From Clostridia bacterium (GTDB lineage Bacteria; Bacillota; Clostridia; Monoglobales; Monoglobaceae), in NCBI GenBank assembly GCA_045576435.1, contig JAZNGL010000032.1:1-60542 (forward strand): a stretch of 60,542 nt of DNA, read 5' to 3'. Shown here piece by piece: positions 27,059 through 38,300 of this stretch. The notes under the pieces are model-generated. The model was not told the DNA's origin. It did no database searches and was given only the letters and a program-made list of their open reading frames with translations. Both the position numbers and the translations under genes were made by a program. Each line of letters starts with the position of its first letter. Position 1 is the stretch's first letter.

Positions 27059-27766
27059 CTAATCGTTTTTCAAAAGCATGAGCTCCTCATCAGAAAGCTC
27101 GCGCATTTCACCAAGCTTTAGTGAGTCGTCTAATATAAGACGATTCATTTTTATCCTTTTAAGATAAGTGACTGTTTTACCAACGGCCTCAAACATTCTT
27201 TTAATCTGATGGAATTTTCCCTCAGAAATAGTAATTTCAATATGTTTTGGATTGTTTTCAAATATTTTAAGCTCTGCAGGAAGAGTTTTATAGCCGTCAT
27301 CTATGACTACGCCGTTTTTAAAGGCTGAAACATCGCTTAAATCTGCTTCTTTATCCAAAATTGCAAAATAAGTTTTTGGGACATGTTTTTTTGGCGAGAG
27401 CAAATCGTGACTTAGCTTTCCGTCATTAGTCAAGATGAGCAAACCCTCGGTATCAATGTCTAAACGGCCAACGGGAAAAGGTTGAAAATGGGCGTATTCC
27501 TTTGGAAGCAAATCAATAACTGTTGGCAGATGCCTGTCCCATGTGGCTGAAATATAATTTTGGGGTTTGTTTAGCATTAGATATATAAATTTCCGATATA
27601 TAATCTTTTGCCCATTAAATAAAACGGAATCGTGTTCGGCATCAATATGTGTTTCGGGCTTTGTTGCCATGATGTTATTCACAAAAACAGTACCCGCTTT
27701 GATAATTTTCTTAACTTCGCTCCGGGAGCCTAAACCGCTCTCGACTAAAAATTTATCCAATCTCAT
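27059..27766 (-). CDS. RsuA/RluB-family rRNA pseudouridine synthase with S4 domain
   Basis: MRLDKFL...GSRSEVKKIIK S4 motif. Catalytic GRLDIDTEGLLILTNDG. Confidence 0.85.
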   Translation of the reverse strand: MRLDKFLVESGLGSRSEVKKIIKAGTVFVNNIMATKPETHIDAEHDSVLFNGQKIIYRKFIYLMLNKPQNYISATWDRHLPTVIDLLPKEYAHFQPFPVGRLDIDTEGLLILTNDGKLSHDLLSPKKHVPKTYFAILDKEADLSDVSAFKNGVVIDDGYKTLPAELKIFENNPKHIEITISEGKFHQIKRMFEAVGKTVTYLKRIKMNRLILDDSLKLGEMRELSDEELMLLKND

Positions 27767-27836
27767 TTTATGTCACCCATATTTTTCATATTTTTTATAA
27801 TAATAACATATATTAGATTGTCAGGAGGTGTTAAGA

Positions 27837-28286
27837 ATGCGTTTTATAAAAAAACACAGATTTGTTTTAGGAACAATATTCTTTGCAATTATACTCCTGA
27901 TAATAATTGTTAGCCTTTTCAGTATCGACAATTCAACCAATCAAATGATAGTCGATTATATTGAAAGCATAGGTTGGCAGGTGGACCCATCACCAATTGA
28001 AATATCTCATTTAACAATACCTAATGAGTTTGACATTGTTTATGAAACATATAATGCCATTCAAATCAAGGCTGGCTTTGACCTTAATGAATTTAAAGGA
28101 AAATCTGTTTCAAGATATTCATATAAAGTGCAAAACCACACAAAATCTAATGAAGAAGAGGTTATCGCAAGCGTTTTTGTATATGAAAATCGAATTATTG
28201 CAGGGGATATATCTTCTGCTGCAATAAATGGATTTATGCATGGAATAACCGAAACAACCAATTTGATTGCTGATAAAGAATTGTAG
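27837..28286 (+). CDS. DUF4830-like small membrane-anchored protein
   Basis: N-terminal TM, then IESIGWQVDP...IPNEFDIVYETYNAIQ..GFDL..FKGK.V.RYSY, as recalled for DUF4830. ATG at 27837 lies 8 nt after AGGAGG; the track start at 27828 is a GTG inside the SD. Confidence 0.6.
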   Translation: MRFIKKHRFVLGTIFFAIILLIIIVSLFSIDNSTNQMIVDYIESIGWQVDPSPIEISHLTIPNEFDIVYETYNAIQIKAGFDLNEFKGKSVSRYSYKVQNHTKSNEEEVIASVFVYENRIIAGDISSAAINGFMHGITETTNLIADKEL

Positions 28287-28333
28287 CTTTTAACAATTAT
28301 ATCACAAAGAAATATATTTTGCTATACTTTTAC

Positions 28334-28362
28334 TTGACTTTTTTCAAAATAAAGAGTAATAT
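28334..28362 (+). promoter_or_regulatory. putative sigma-A promoter for metY
   Basis: TTGACT (28334-28339), 17-nt spacer, TAATAT (28357-28362). Confidence 0.45.
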
Positions 28363-28397
28363 TATAGTAAAATAAATGATATACAGGGGATGACAAT

Positions 28398-29666
28398 ATG
28401 AAATTAGAGACAAAATGTGTTCAAGCAGGATATGAACCTCAAAACGGAGAGCCGAGAGTTCTTCCTATTTATCAGAGCACAACTTATAAATATGATTCAA
28501 GTGAGCATTTGAGCAAGCTTTTTGACCTTGCTGCTCCGGGACATATGTATACGAGAATAAGCAATCCGACTGTTGCGTGCGTTGAAGATAAAATTGCGCA
28601 ACTTGAAGGTGGCGTTGGAGCAATGATGACCTCATCGGGTCAGGCGGCATCTCTTATTTCAATTATGAATATATGCCAGGCGGGTGACCATGTTGTAAGC
28701 TCAAGCACAATCTATGGCGGAACCTTTAATCTCTTTGAAGTTACAATGAAAAAGTTCGGCATAGAGTTTACTTTTGTTGACCCAAATGCTTCGGAGGACG
28801 AAATTCGTGCAGCTTTCCGTCCGGAAACAAAAGCAGTATTTGGCGAAACTATTGCAAACCCCGCTCTTAGTGTTCTTGATATAGAAAAATTTGCAAAAAT
28901 TGCACATGAAAACAACGTTCCGCTTATTGTTGATAATACTTTTGCGACACCTGTTCTGTGCAAACCTTTTGAGTTTGGTGCAGATATTGTTGTTCATTCT
29001 ACAACAAAATATATGGATGGCCACGCAATGGTTGTTGGTGGAGTTATCGTAGATAGCGGAAAGTTTGACTGGTCTTGCGGCAAGTTCCCAGGACTTACCG
29101 AGCCGGATGAAAGCTATCATGGCGTTGTCTATACGAGAGATTTTAAAGAAGCGGCATATATCACAAAAGCAAGAGTTCAGCTTATGCGTGATTTAGGCTC
29201 TTCGCCATCACCAAATTCTGCATTTTTGCTCAACGTATCGCTTGAAACACTTGCGCTTCGTGTGGAAAGACATAGCCAGAATGCTTTGGAGGTTGCAAAA
29301 TTCCTTGAAAAGGATAGTCGTATTTCTTGGGTAAATTATCCTGGACTTGAAAATAATGAATATAACAAGCTTGCTAAGAAATATTTGCCAAAGGGAACAA
29401 GTGGTGTAATATCTTTCGGCGTAAAAGGTGGTCGAGCTGCTGCTGTTAAGTTTATGGATAGTTTAAAGCTTGCAGCTATTGTTGTTCATGTTGCCGATGC
29501 CAGAACATCAGTGTTGCATCCTGCAAGCACAACACACAGACAGCTTAATGATGAACAGTTGGTTGAGGCTGGTGTTTCGCCGGATCTCATCAGAATGTCT
29601 GTTGGTATTGAGCATATTGATGACATAATAGCAGATATAAACCAGGCACTTGAATGTATAGAATAA
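28398..29666 (+). CDS. metY: O-acetylhomoserine sulfhydrylase / aminocarboxypropyltransferase (PLP-dependent, Cys/Met metabolism family)
   Basis: YQSTTYKY, YTRISNPT and HSTTKYMDGH (PLP lysine) motifs; 422 aa. Confidence 0.85.
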   Translation: MKLETKCVQAGYEPQNGEPRVLPIYQSTTYKYDSSEHLSKLFDLAAPGHMYTRISNPTVACVEDKIAQLEGGVGAMMTSSGQAASLISIMNICQAGDHVVSSSTIYGGTFNLFEVTMKKFGIEFTFVDPNASEDEIRAAFRPETKAVFGETIANPALSVLDIEKFAKIAHENNVPLIVDNTFATPVLCKPFEFGADIVVHSTTKYMDGHAMVVGGVIVDSGKFDWSCGKFPGLTEPDESYHGVVYTRDFKEAAYITKARVQLMRDLGSSPSPNSAFLLNVSLETLALRVERHSQNALEVAKFLEKDSRISWVNYPGLENNEYNKLAKKYLPKGTSGVISFGVKGGRAAAVKFMDSLKLAAIVVHVADARTSVLHPASTTHRQLNDEQLVEAGVSPDLIRMSVGIEHIDDIIADINQALECIE

Positions 29667-29670
29667 TGTT

Positions 29671-29706
29671 AAAAACACCCATTTTTAAAAAATTGGGTGT
29701 TTTTTA
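29671..29706 (+). terminator. rho-independent terminator after metY
   Basis: AAAAACACCCA...TGGGTGTTTTT hairpin with an A/T-pairing loop, followed by a T-run. Confidence 0.75.
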
Positions 29707-29789
29707 TTTGCCGAAATTGTAAAACTTTTTGCAACATAGATTTTATTGAAAAGCATAAAATATATCCGAGGTTATGAAAGGGGGATTTT

Positions 29790-29888
29790 ATGAAAGTTAA
29801 TCTGGTAAAAAGCATTTCGCTTCTTAGTATTATTTTTTTATTAGCAAAAAATGTTTACACACCGGTTTTTGCGTTTGTTTATTTTTAA
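29790..29888 (+). CDS. hypothetical 32-aa hydrophobic peptide (MKVNLVKSISLLSIIFLLAKNVYTPVFAFVYF)
   Basis: ATG at 29790 preceded by AAAGGGGGA with a 4-nt spacer. Lies in a 330-nt gap between convergent genes. Below the ORF-track cutoff. No other support. Confidence 0.2.
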   Translation: MKVNLVKSISLLSIIFLLAKNVYTPVFAFVYF

Positions 29889-29947
29889 AATTAAAAGGTT
29901 GTTCTGCTCATAGTTTGCAACAAATTTGATAATTTATTCAAAAATAA

Positions 29948-29982
29948 AGCCAAAGAAAAACAAATTTATTGTTTCTTTGGCT
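29948..29982. terminator. bidirectional hairpin terminator (serves yhbY on the minus strand)
   Basis: AGCCAAAGAAA...TTTCTTTGGCT 11-bp stem with T-rich tracts on both sides. Confidence 0.65.
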
Positions 29983-29999
29983 TTAATGTTTTTTGAAGT

Positions 30000-30281
30000 T
30001 TACATTTCGCAAATATTTTTTTCGCTTCTGCGATATATAATTGCTTTTCTTCCTATAACCTGAACAACTTGTGCGTTTGTGCTTTCGGCAAGCTCTGCGG
30101 CTAAAAGCTTTGGTTCGAGCAATGAGTTTTCCAAAATATGAACTTTTATCAACTCGCGTGCCTCAAGGGCTTCGTCAATGAGTTTAATCAGGTTTTCGTT
30201 TATACCGTCTTTACCAAGTTGATAAAGTGCCGGAACTTTATTTGCTAAACTTTTTAAATATGCTCTTTCTTTACTTGTCAT
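30000..30281 (-). CDS. yhbY: YhbY-like CRM-domain RNA-binding protein (ribosome assembly)
   Basis: 93 aa. LTSKERAYLKSLANK...QLGKDGI...ARELIKV pattern of the YhbY family. Confidence 0.8.
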   Translation of the reverse strand: MTSKERAYLKSLANKVPALYQLGKDGINENLIKLIDEALEARELIKVHILENSLLEPKLLAAELAESTNAQVVQVIGRKAIIYRRSEKNICEM

Positions 30282-31146
30282 AACGTAAATCCTCCTCTAA
30301 TATATCTGAAAGCTTAGCAAAATCTGCCAAGCTGAGACGTTCGCCTCTTATATTTATATCAAGCTCCATGCTTTCAAGGGCCTTTGTGATGGTTGTCTTT
30401 TCAACTTTTAAATATGGACTGTGTGCCAGTGCATTAATAAGAGTTTTTCTTCTTTGGCCAAAGGCAGATTTGATAATTTTAAACATTAAATCTTTGTTGT
30501 TAACTTTAACTGTTGGCTCAGATGCCACAACAAGATTTATAACAGTTGATTCAACCTTGGGTTGAGGAAGAAAACAATGTGGCTCTGCTTTACAAATGAT
30601 AGATGGAGTTGTATAAAACTGAACTGCAGCGGTGAGAGCGCCATAATCTTTTCCACCGGGAATCGCAATCATTCTGTCTGCAACCTCTTTTTGAATCATA
30701 ACTGTTATTGATTTAACAGGAAGATTCTCCTCAAGTAGTTTCATGATAATCGGTGTTGTTATATAATAAGGAAGATTTGCGACAACACAAACATCAAGAG
30801 ATTCAAATTCGTCTGCAAAAAGTTGATGAAGGTCAACCTTCAGAATATCATCGTTTATAATTTTAACATTGTTAAAATCACTTAAGGTAGTGTTAAGAAG
30901 CGGCATGAGACGATTATCAATTTCAACAGCCACCACCTTAGTGGCGGCTTGTGCAAGTTCTCTTGTTAATGTGCCTGCGCCGGGACCAATTTCTAAAACA
31001 CCCATAGAACCATTGATTTTCGAACCGGTAATAATTTTTTCTAAAATTTTTGAATCAATTAAAAAATTTTGTCCAAGTCCTTTAGAAAAAGAAAAGCCAT
31101 GGCTTTCTATAACCTGCTTAAGCTCAGAAGGATTAGTTAAATTCAT
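30271..31146 (-). CDS. rsmA: 16S rRNA (adenine1518/1519-N6)-dimethyltransferase
   Basis: KGLGQNFL and LEIGPGAGTLT (SAM-binding) motifs; NLPYYITTPI. Start taken at MNLTNPSELK (ATG 31146, GGGGA SD); the track ORF extends 16 aa further. Confidence 0.9.
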   Translation of the reverse strand: MNLTNPSELKQVIESHGFSFSKGLGQNFLIDSKILEKIITGSKINGSMGVLEIGPGAGTLTRELAQAATKVVAVEIDNRLMPLLNTTLSDFNNVKIINDDILKVDLHQLFADEFESLDVCVVANLPYYITTPIIMKLLEENLPVKSITVMIQKEVADRMIAIPGGKDYGALTAAVQFYTTPSIICKAEPHCFLPQPKVESTVINLVVASEPTVKVNNKDLMFKIIKSAFGQRRKTLINALAHSPYLKVEKTTITKALESMELDINIRGERLSLADFAKLSDILEEDLRYDK

Positions 31147-31227
31147 AGATTTTCCCCTTAACAGATGTGGCATCGGACGTTTGTCCAATGCCATTTTAGA
31201 TATTTTTTGAAAATTTAAAAAAACGCA

Positions 31228-31256
31228 TTGACAAACTTGACATTGTATGATATAAT
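31228..31256 (+). promoter_or_regulatory. consensus sigma-A promoter for rpoBC
   Basis: TTGACA (31228-31233), 17-nt spacer, TGaTATAAT (-10 at 31251-31256). Leaves a leader of about 230 nt. Confidence 0.6.
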
Positions 31257-31369
31257 GATTATCTGTTTATAGTGCGTCTTTTTGCATATTTTTACTTTTA
31301 AGCATATTTTCTTACTGTTTTTTTACAGTATATCATAAATGTATTAAAAATGCAATAGGTGTTTAAAAT

Positions 31370-31395
31370 ATTTATGGTAAATATTTACCATAAAT
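31370..31395. repeat. 26-nt perfect palindrome in the rpoB leader
   Basis: ATTTATGGTAAAT|ATTTACCATAAAT, centred between 31382 and 31383. Confidence 0.7.
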
Positions 31396-31493
31396 TGAAA
31401 AAATATACAACATATTGTGCTGCTATGACGGTTATATATACAAATTTGGTCCGCTTAAGGTGGCCGCAAATATTATGAAGAGGTGATTGTTTT

Positions 31494-34400
31494 ATGGTAC
31501 ATCCGGTGAAACTTGGCAGAAATACCCGAATGAGCTATGGTAAGATAAGGGAAGTTATTGACATGCCTAATCTTATCGAAATCCAAAAGAACTCCTACAA
31601 CTGGTTTTTGGAAGAGGGACTAAAGGAGGTCTTCCACGATGTGTCACCTATTGCGGATTATGCAGGTAATCTAATATTAGAATTTGTTGATTACCGTATT
31701 GACATGAATCCCAAGTATGATATCGAAGAATGTAAAGAGAGAGATGCTACATATGCGGCACCGCTCAGAGTTAAGGTGAGACTTATTAATAAAGAAACCG
31801 GAGAGGTTAAAGAGCAGGAAGTTTTCATGGGAGACTTCCCTATTATGACGCCTTCGGGAACTTTCATTATTAATGGAGCTGAGAGAGTTATTGTCAGTCA
31901 GCTTGTTCGTTCACCTAGCGTTTATTATGCAGAAAAATTTGATAAAATTGGAAAGAAGTTGTTTTCGTCACAGGTAATACCAAACCGTGGCGCATGGCTT
32001 GAATATGAAACCGATAGTAATGACGTTTTCCATGTTAAAATAGATAAAATGCGTAAGACACCAATAACGGTGCTTGTTCGTGCGCTCGGATTTGGAACAG
32101 ATGCTGAGATAATTGACCTTTTTGGTGAGGATGAGAGAATAATCAAAACTCTTGAAAAGGATACTGCAAAAACAGTTGAAGAGGGACTTTTGGAGATTTA
32201 TCGCAAGCTTCGTCCGGGTGAACCACCAACGGTTGAAAGTGCAAAATCTCTTATAACTAATTTGTTCTTCGACCCGAAGAGATATGACCTTGCAAGAGTG
32301 GGAAGATATAAATTTAACAAAAAGCTTTGTCTTTCTGCGCGTATTGTGGGTCAGGTTTCTGCTGAAAACTATGTTGATACAGAAACGGGCGAATTGATTG
32401 TTTCCATGGGTGAAACAATCACAAAAGAAATGGCACACAATCTTGAAAAAGCAGGCATAAGCTCAGTTGCAATCAAGGTGGATGACGAGCATATTACCAA
32501 AGTTTTATCAAACGGAATGGTTGATATGCACGATTTTATTGATTATGACCCACGTAGTTGTGAAATAAACGAAAATGTAAGATATAGCGTGTTAAAAGAA
32601 ATAATGGCAGAGTTCCCTGATGTTAATTCGGACGAGTTTAAGGCTGCTATTAAAGATAGAAGAGATGAGCTTATTCCTAAGCACATCATTATTGACGATA
32701 TTATTGCATCTGTTTCATATGTTGGCAACCTGGCAGCAGGAATAGGAACAGTTGATGATATTGACCATTTGGGAAATCGTCGTCTCAGAAGCGTTGGAGA
32801 GCTTTTGCAAAATCAGTTCAGAATTGGATTGGCAAGAATGGAACGTATTGTTCGTGAAAGAATGTCAACTCAGGATTTGGATGTTATAACACCACAAATG
32901 CTCATAAATATAAGACCGGTGACATCTGCAATCAAGGAATTCTTTGGTTCATCACAGCTTTCACAGTTTATGGACCAGATTAATCCTCTTGGTGAACTCA
33001 CACATAAGAGAAGACTCAGTGCCCTCGGTCCTGGCGGTCTTTCTCGTGAAAGAGCCGGCTTTGAGGTGCGTGACGTTCACCATTCGCATTATGGTCGTAT
33101 GTGCCCGATTGAGACTCCTGAAGGTCCAAACATTGGTCTTATTAACTCACTCAGTGGTTTTGCAAAGGTTAATGAATATGGATTTATTGAGGCACCTTAT
33201 CGTAAGGTTGATAAGGAAACAGGATGTGTTACTGATGAAGTTGAATATATGACTGCAGATACAGAGGACGGATATTATGTTGCTCAGGCAAACGAGCCTC
33301 TTGGTGAAAACAATCAGTTCCTTGCGAAAAAGGTTGTAACCAGATATAGAGATGAATTCCTTGAGGTTTCTGCAGAGCCGGGTAAGTGCCGTGTTGACTA
33401 TATGGACGTTTCGCCAAGACAGGTAACTTCAATTGCAACAGCGATGATTCCGTTCCTTGAAAATGACGACGCAAACCGTGCTTTGATGGGCTCGAACATG
33501 CAACGTCAGGCAGTTCCGCTTCTTTTACCTGAATCACCAATAATTGGTACAGGTATGGAATTTAAAGCGGCACGCGATTCAGGCGTATGTATTTTAGCCA
33601 AGAATAGCGGAACGGTGTCAAAGGTTTCAGCAAGACAAATTGAAATTAAAAACGATAATGGTGAAACAGACACATATAAGCTTATTAAGTTTACTCGTTC
33701 AAACCAGGGAATGTGCATAAACCAACGTCCTATTGTTGAAGCGGGTGAATATGTTGAAGCAGGGGATATTATTGCCGACGGACCGTCAACAAAGAATGGT
33801 GAAATCGGTCTTGGTAGAAATATTCTTATCGGCTTTATGACATGGGAAGGTTATAACTACGAGGATGCTATGCTTATTAATGAGCGTCTCGTTAAAGAGG
33901 ATATTCTCACATCAATTCATATTGAAGAATATGAAATTGAAGCTCGTGACACCAAGCTTGGTCCGGAAGAAATCACAAGAGATATACCAAACGTGGGTGA
34001 AGATGCTCTTCGTGACTTGGACGAGCGTGGTATAATTCGTATCGGTGCAGAGGTATCGAGCGGAGATATTTTGGTTGGTAAAGTAACACCTAAGGGAGAA
34101 ACCGAGCTTAGTGCAGAGGAACGTTTGCTCCGTGCAATATTTGGTGAAAAGGCTCGTGAAGTTCGTGATACATCACTCAGAGTTCCACACGGTGAATATG
34201 GAATAATTGTTGATGTTAAGGTGTTTACGAGAGAAAATAGTGATGAACTTTCTCCGGGAGTTAACCAGATTGTTCGTTGTTATATAGCTCAAAAGAGAAA
34301 AATTTCTGTCGGCGATAAAATGGCAGGACGTCACGGAAACAAGGGTGTTATCTCCAGAATTCTTCCTGAAGAGGATATGCCTTTCCTTCCGGATGGAACT

Positions 34401-35300
34401 CCACTGCAGATTGTTTTGAATCCGTTGGGTGTACCTTCTCGTATGAATATTGGTCAGGTTCTTGAAGTTCATCTTGGCTATGCAGCAAAGGCTTTGGGCT
34501 GGAAAGTTGCAACTCCTGTATTTGATGGAGCAAACGAGGAAGATATTATGGATGCTCTTGAAAAAGCAGGCTATGATCGTGACGGAAAAACTGTTTTATA
34601 TGATGGTAGAACGGGTGAACCGTTTGATAATCGTGTTACGGTTGGATATATGCATATGCTTAAGCTTGCGCATTTGGTTGATGATAAGATACATGCTCGT
34701 TCAACTGGACCATATTCATTAGTTACGCAACAGCCTTTGGGTGGTAAAGCTCAGTTTGGTGGTCAGAGATTTGGTGAGATGGAAGTTTGGGCACTTGAAG
34801 CATATGGTGCAGCATATACCCTTCAGGAAATTTTAACGGTTAAGTCTGATGATGTTGTGGGACGTGTTAAAACTTATGAGGCAATCGTTAAGGGCGAGAA
34901 TATTCCAAAACCGGGTATCCCTGAATCGTTTAAGGTTCTCATAAAAGAACTTCAGAGTCTTGCGCTTGATGTTAAAGTTCTTGATGCTAATGGTGAAGAG
35001 GTAATTCTTAAAGAATGCATAGATGATGACGGCGATGAACTTCCGGTAAACATAGACGGAACAGAGGATGCGCCTAAAGATAACGGTGGCTTTGGAATCA
35101 ATGGAAATTCACAAAGCTCTGAGTCAGACGATTTGATTGATAGTGAACTTTTCTATGAATTTGAGGACACAGTTTCTGAAGAGGACGATTCTGAGGATGA
35201 ATTGTTTGAAGGTGACATGATGTCTGTTGAAGATTTATATGGCGAGGATGACGAAGACGCTGCAGATGATTATGATTCTGAAGAGGATATAGACTTTTAA
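31494..35300 (+). CDS. rpoB: DNA-directed RNA polymerase beta subunit, with 94-aa acidic C-terminal extension
   Basis: Full-length RpoB motif set (e.g. [40 protein letters not shown]). AGAGGTGA SD. Confidence 0.97.
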   Translation: MVHPVKLGRNTRMSYGKIREVIDMPNLIEIQKNSYNWFLEEGLKEVFHDVSPIADYAGNLILEFVDYRIDMNPKYDIEECKERDATYAAPLRVKVRLINKETGEVKEQEVFMGDFPIMTPSGTFIINGAERVIVSQLVRSPSVYYAEKFDKIGKKLFSSQVIPNRGAWLEYETDSNDVFHVKIDKMRKTPITVLVRALGFGTDAEIIDLFGEDERIIKTLEKDTAKTVEEGLLEIYRKLRPGEPPTVESAKSLITNLFFDPKRYDLARVGRYKFNKKLCLSARIVGQVSAENYVDTETGELIVSMGETITKEMAHNLEKAGISSVAIKVDDEHITKVLSNGMVDMHDFIDYDPRSCEINENVRYSVLKEIMAEFPDVNSDEFKAAIKDRRDELIPKHIIIDDIIASVSYVGNLAAGIGTVDDIDHLGNRRLRSVGELLQNQFRIGLARMERIVRERMSTQDLDVITPQMLINIRPVTSAIKEFFGSSQLSQFMDQINPLGELTHKRRLSALGPGGLSRERAGFEVRDVHHSHYGRMCPIETPEGPNIGLINSLSGFAKVNEYGFIEAPYRKVDKETGCVTDEVEYMTADTEDGYYVAQANEPLGENNQFLAKKVVTRYRDEFLEVSAEPGKCRVDYMDVSPRQVTSIATAMIPFLENDDANRALMGSNMQRQAVPLLLPESPIIGTGMEFKAARDSGVCILAKNSGTVSKVSARQIEIKNDNGETDTYKLIKFTRSNQGMCINQRPIVEAGEYVEAGDIIADGPSTKNGEIGLGRNILIGFMTWEGYNYEDAMLINERLVKEDILTSIHIEEYEIEARDTKLGPEEITRDIPNVGEDALRDLDERGIIRIGAEVSSGDILVGKVTPKGETELSAEERLLRAIFGEKAREVRDTSLRVPHGEYGIIVDVKVFTRENSDELSPGVNQIVRCYIAQKRKISVGDKMAGRHGNKGVISRILPEEDMPFLPDGTPLQIVLNPLGVPSRMNIGQVLEVHLGYAAKALGWKVATPVFDGANEEDIMDALEKAGYDRDGKTVLYDGRTGEPFDNRVTVGYMHMLKLAHLVDDKIHARSTGPYSLVTQQPLGGKAQFGGQRFGEMEVWALEAYGAAYTLQEILTVKSDDVVGRVKTYEAIVKGENIPKPGIPESFKVLIKELQSLALDVKVLDANGEEVILKECIDDDGDELPVNIDGTEDAPKDNGGFGINGNSQSSESDDLIDSELFYEFEDTVSEEDDSEDELFEGDMMSVEDLYGEDDEDAADDYDSEEDIDF

Positions 35301-35391
35301 TTAAAAAATTTAGGGAAATATTCCGTTTTCAATCGCTCACAGAGAAAACGGGGGCTTGACTATTTTTGTGAGCAGAAAGTCGAGTGATGGT

Positions 35392-38300
35392 ATGAGTGAA
35401 TATCAAAATTTTGAGGCTATTCAAATAGGTTTGGCATCTCCTGAAAAGATTAGAGAGTGGTCCAGAGGCGAGGTTAAGAAACCGGAAACAATAAACTATA
35501 GAACATTAAAGCCTGAAAAAGACGGATTGTTCTGCGAGAGAATATTTGGTCCTCAAAAGGATTGGGAGTGTCACTGTGGTAAATATAAGCGTGTGCGCTA
35601 TAAAGGTGTAGTTTGTGACAGATGTGGAGTTGAAGTTACACGCTCTAAAGTTCGTCGTGAGAGAATGGGTCACATTGAGCTTGCTGTTCCCGTTTCGCAC
35701 ATTTGGTATTTTAAAGGAATTCCCAGCCGTATGGGCTTAATTTTAGATATGTCTCCACGTCTTTTGGAGAAAGTTCTGTATTTTGCGGCATATGTTGTTA
35801 TAGACCCAGGAAAAACAGGTCTTATGAAAAATCAAATTCTGAGCGAGAGAGAATATCGTGAAGAATGTGAAAAATATGGTACAGAAGCATTTAAAGCGGG
35901 AATGGGTGCAGAAGCTGTTCTTGAAATGCTGAAGGCTATTGATTTAGAAGAGCTTTATAAAGAGCTTAAGGATGAGCTTGACGGCGCAAAGGGTCAAAAG
36001 AAAATAAGAACTGTCAGAAGACTTGAGGTTGTTGATTCTTTCCGTCAATCAGGCAATAAACCTGAGTGGATGATAATGCCAGTTATTCCGGTTATTCCTC
36101 CGGAAATAAGACCAATGGTTCAGTTAGATGGTGGCAGATTTGCAACATCTGATCTTAATGATTTATATAGAAGAGTTATTAACAGAAACAATCGTCTTAA
36201 GAGATTGCTTGATTTAGGGGCACCAGAAATCATTGTAAGAAATGAAAAGAGAATGCTTCAGGAAGCAGTTGATGCACTTATTGATAACGGCAGACGTGGA
36301 AGACCTGTCACAGGTCCGGGAAACAGACCGCTTAAGTCTCTTTCGGATATGCTTAAAGGAAAGCAAGGTCGTTTCCGTCAGAATCTTCTTGGTAAGCGTG
36401 TTGACTATTCAGGTCGTTCGGTTATCGTTGTTGGTCCTGAACTCAAAATATATCAGTGTGGTCTTCCTAAGAAGATGGCACTTGAATTGTTTAAGCCGTT
36501 CGTTATGAAGAAGCTTGTGAACGATGGCTTGGCACATAATATAAAATCTGCAAAGCGTATGGTAGAGCGTGTTCGCCCAGAGGTTTGGGACGTGCTTGAA
36601 AGCGTTATTTCTGAGCATCCGGTTCTTCTCAACCGTGCTCCTACGTTGCATAGACTTGGTATTCAGGCTTTTGAACCGGTTTTAGTTGAGGGTAAAGCGC
36701 TTAAACTCCATCCTCTTGTTTGTACTGCGTTCAATGCGGACTTCGATGGTGACCAGATGGCAGTCCATCTTCCTCTTTCCGCAGAAGCACAAGCAGAAGC
36801 AAGATTTTTGATGCTTTCTGCAAACAATTTGCTCAAGCCACAGGATGGTAATCCGGTAACAGTTCCAACTCAGGATATGGTTCTTGGTAGTTATTATCTG
36901 ACCATTCAGATTGATGATGAAATTGGTGCAGGAAAAGTATTTAGTTCTGAAGATGAGGCAACTTTGGCTTATGCAAATGGCGCAGTTGGCTTGCATGCAC
37001 CGATTAAAGTTCGTATAACAAGAAACATTAATGGTGAAGATGTTACAGGTATTATTGATGCAACTGTTGGACGTTTGATTTTCAATGAAAAAATACCGCA
37101 GGATTTGGGCTTTGTTGATAGAAGCAAGCCGGAAAATGCTCTTGCGCTTGAGATTTCTTTCAAGGTTGACAAGAAGAAGCTCGGTGTTATCATTGATAAG
37201 AGCATAAAAATTCATGGAATAACAGATACGGCAACATTGCTTGATGATGTTAAAGCTATGGGCTTTAAATATTCAACAAGAGGAGCAATCACAGTTGGCG
37301 TTTCAGATATGGAAATCCCTGAGGAAAAGAAAACATATCTTGCTGAGGCTGATGAGGAAATCGAAAAGGTTACTAAAAAGTATTTGAGAGGTCTTTTAAC
37401 CAACGAGGAAAGATATGAGAAAGTAATTAAGATTTGGAGCGACACATCAGATAAGGTTACAAGTGCACTTATGAATAACCTTGATGAGCTCAATCCAATA
37501 TTCATGATGGCTAATTCCGGAGCTCGTGGTAGTGTTAACCAGATTCGTCAGCTTGCTGCAATGCGTGGTCTTATGGCTGATACATCAGGTCGAACCATTG
37601 AAATTCCTATCAAAGCTAATTTCCGTGAGGGCTTGACCGTTTTGGAATACTTTATTTCAACACACGGTGCTCGTAAAGGTCTTACCGATACAGCGCTCAG
37701 AACAGCCGACTCAGGTTACTTGACAAGACGTTTGGTGGATGTATCTCAAGACGTTATTATCCGCGAAAACGATTGTGGAACCGATGACGGAATTGTTGTT
37801 AAGGATATTAAAGATGGCAATGAAGTTATTGAGAAATTGAAAGATAGACTTGTTGGCAGAGTTGTTTGTGAAGATGTTGTTGATCCAAAAACCGGAGAGG
37901 TTTTGTGCGAGAAAAACCACGTAATAAGCGCAACAATTGCAGAGCTTATTGAAAAGGCTGAAATTGAAAGTGTGAAAATACGTTCGGTATTAAAATGCCG
38001 TGCAAAAATTGGTGTATGTGCAAAATGTTATGGACACAACCTTGCAAATGGTGAGGAAGTTAATATTGGTGAAGCTGTTGGTATTATTGCGGCACAGTCA
38101 ATCGGTGAACCGGGAACACAGCTCACAATGCGTACCTTCCATGCCGGCGGTGTTGCAGGAGACGATATCACACAGGGTCTACCTCGTGTTGAGGAATTGT
38201 TTGAAGCAAGACGTCCGAAGGGACTTGCTATAATTGCGGAAATAGGTGGTCGTGTCAAGATTAGCGAAAACAAGAAGAAACGCGAAATAACAATTTTGGA

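Noticed and set aside
28287-28397. Looked for a SAM/S-box riboswitch or T-box leader upstream of the methionine-pathway gene metY.
   Set aside because: Only about 35 nt separate the likely -10 (28357-28362) from the ATG. That is far too short for either element, and no conserved riboswitch helices are visible.
35356-35391. TTG (35356) and GTG (35368) alternative starts, which would add 12 or 8 residues to RpoC.
   Set aside because: Canonical RpoC N-termini begin 5-8 residues before the F-x-x-I-x-IGLASP motif, which fits the ATG at 35392. SD evidence is weak for all three candidates, so uncertainty remains.
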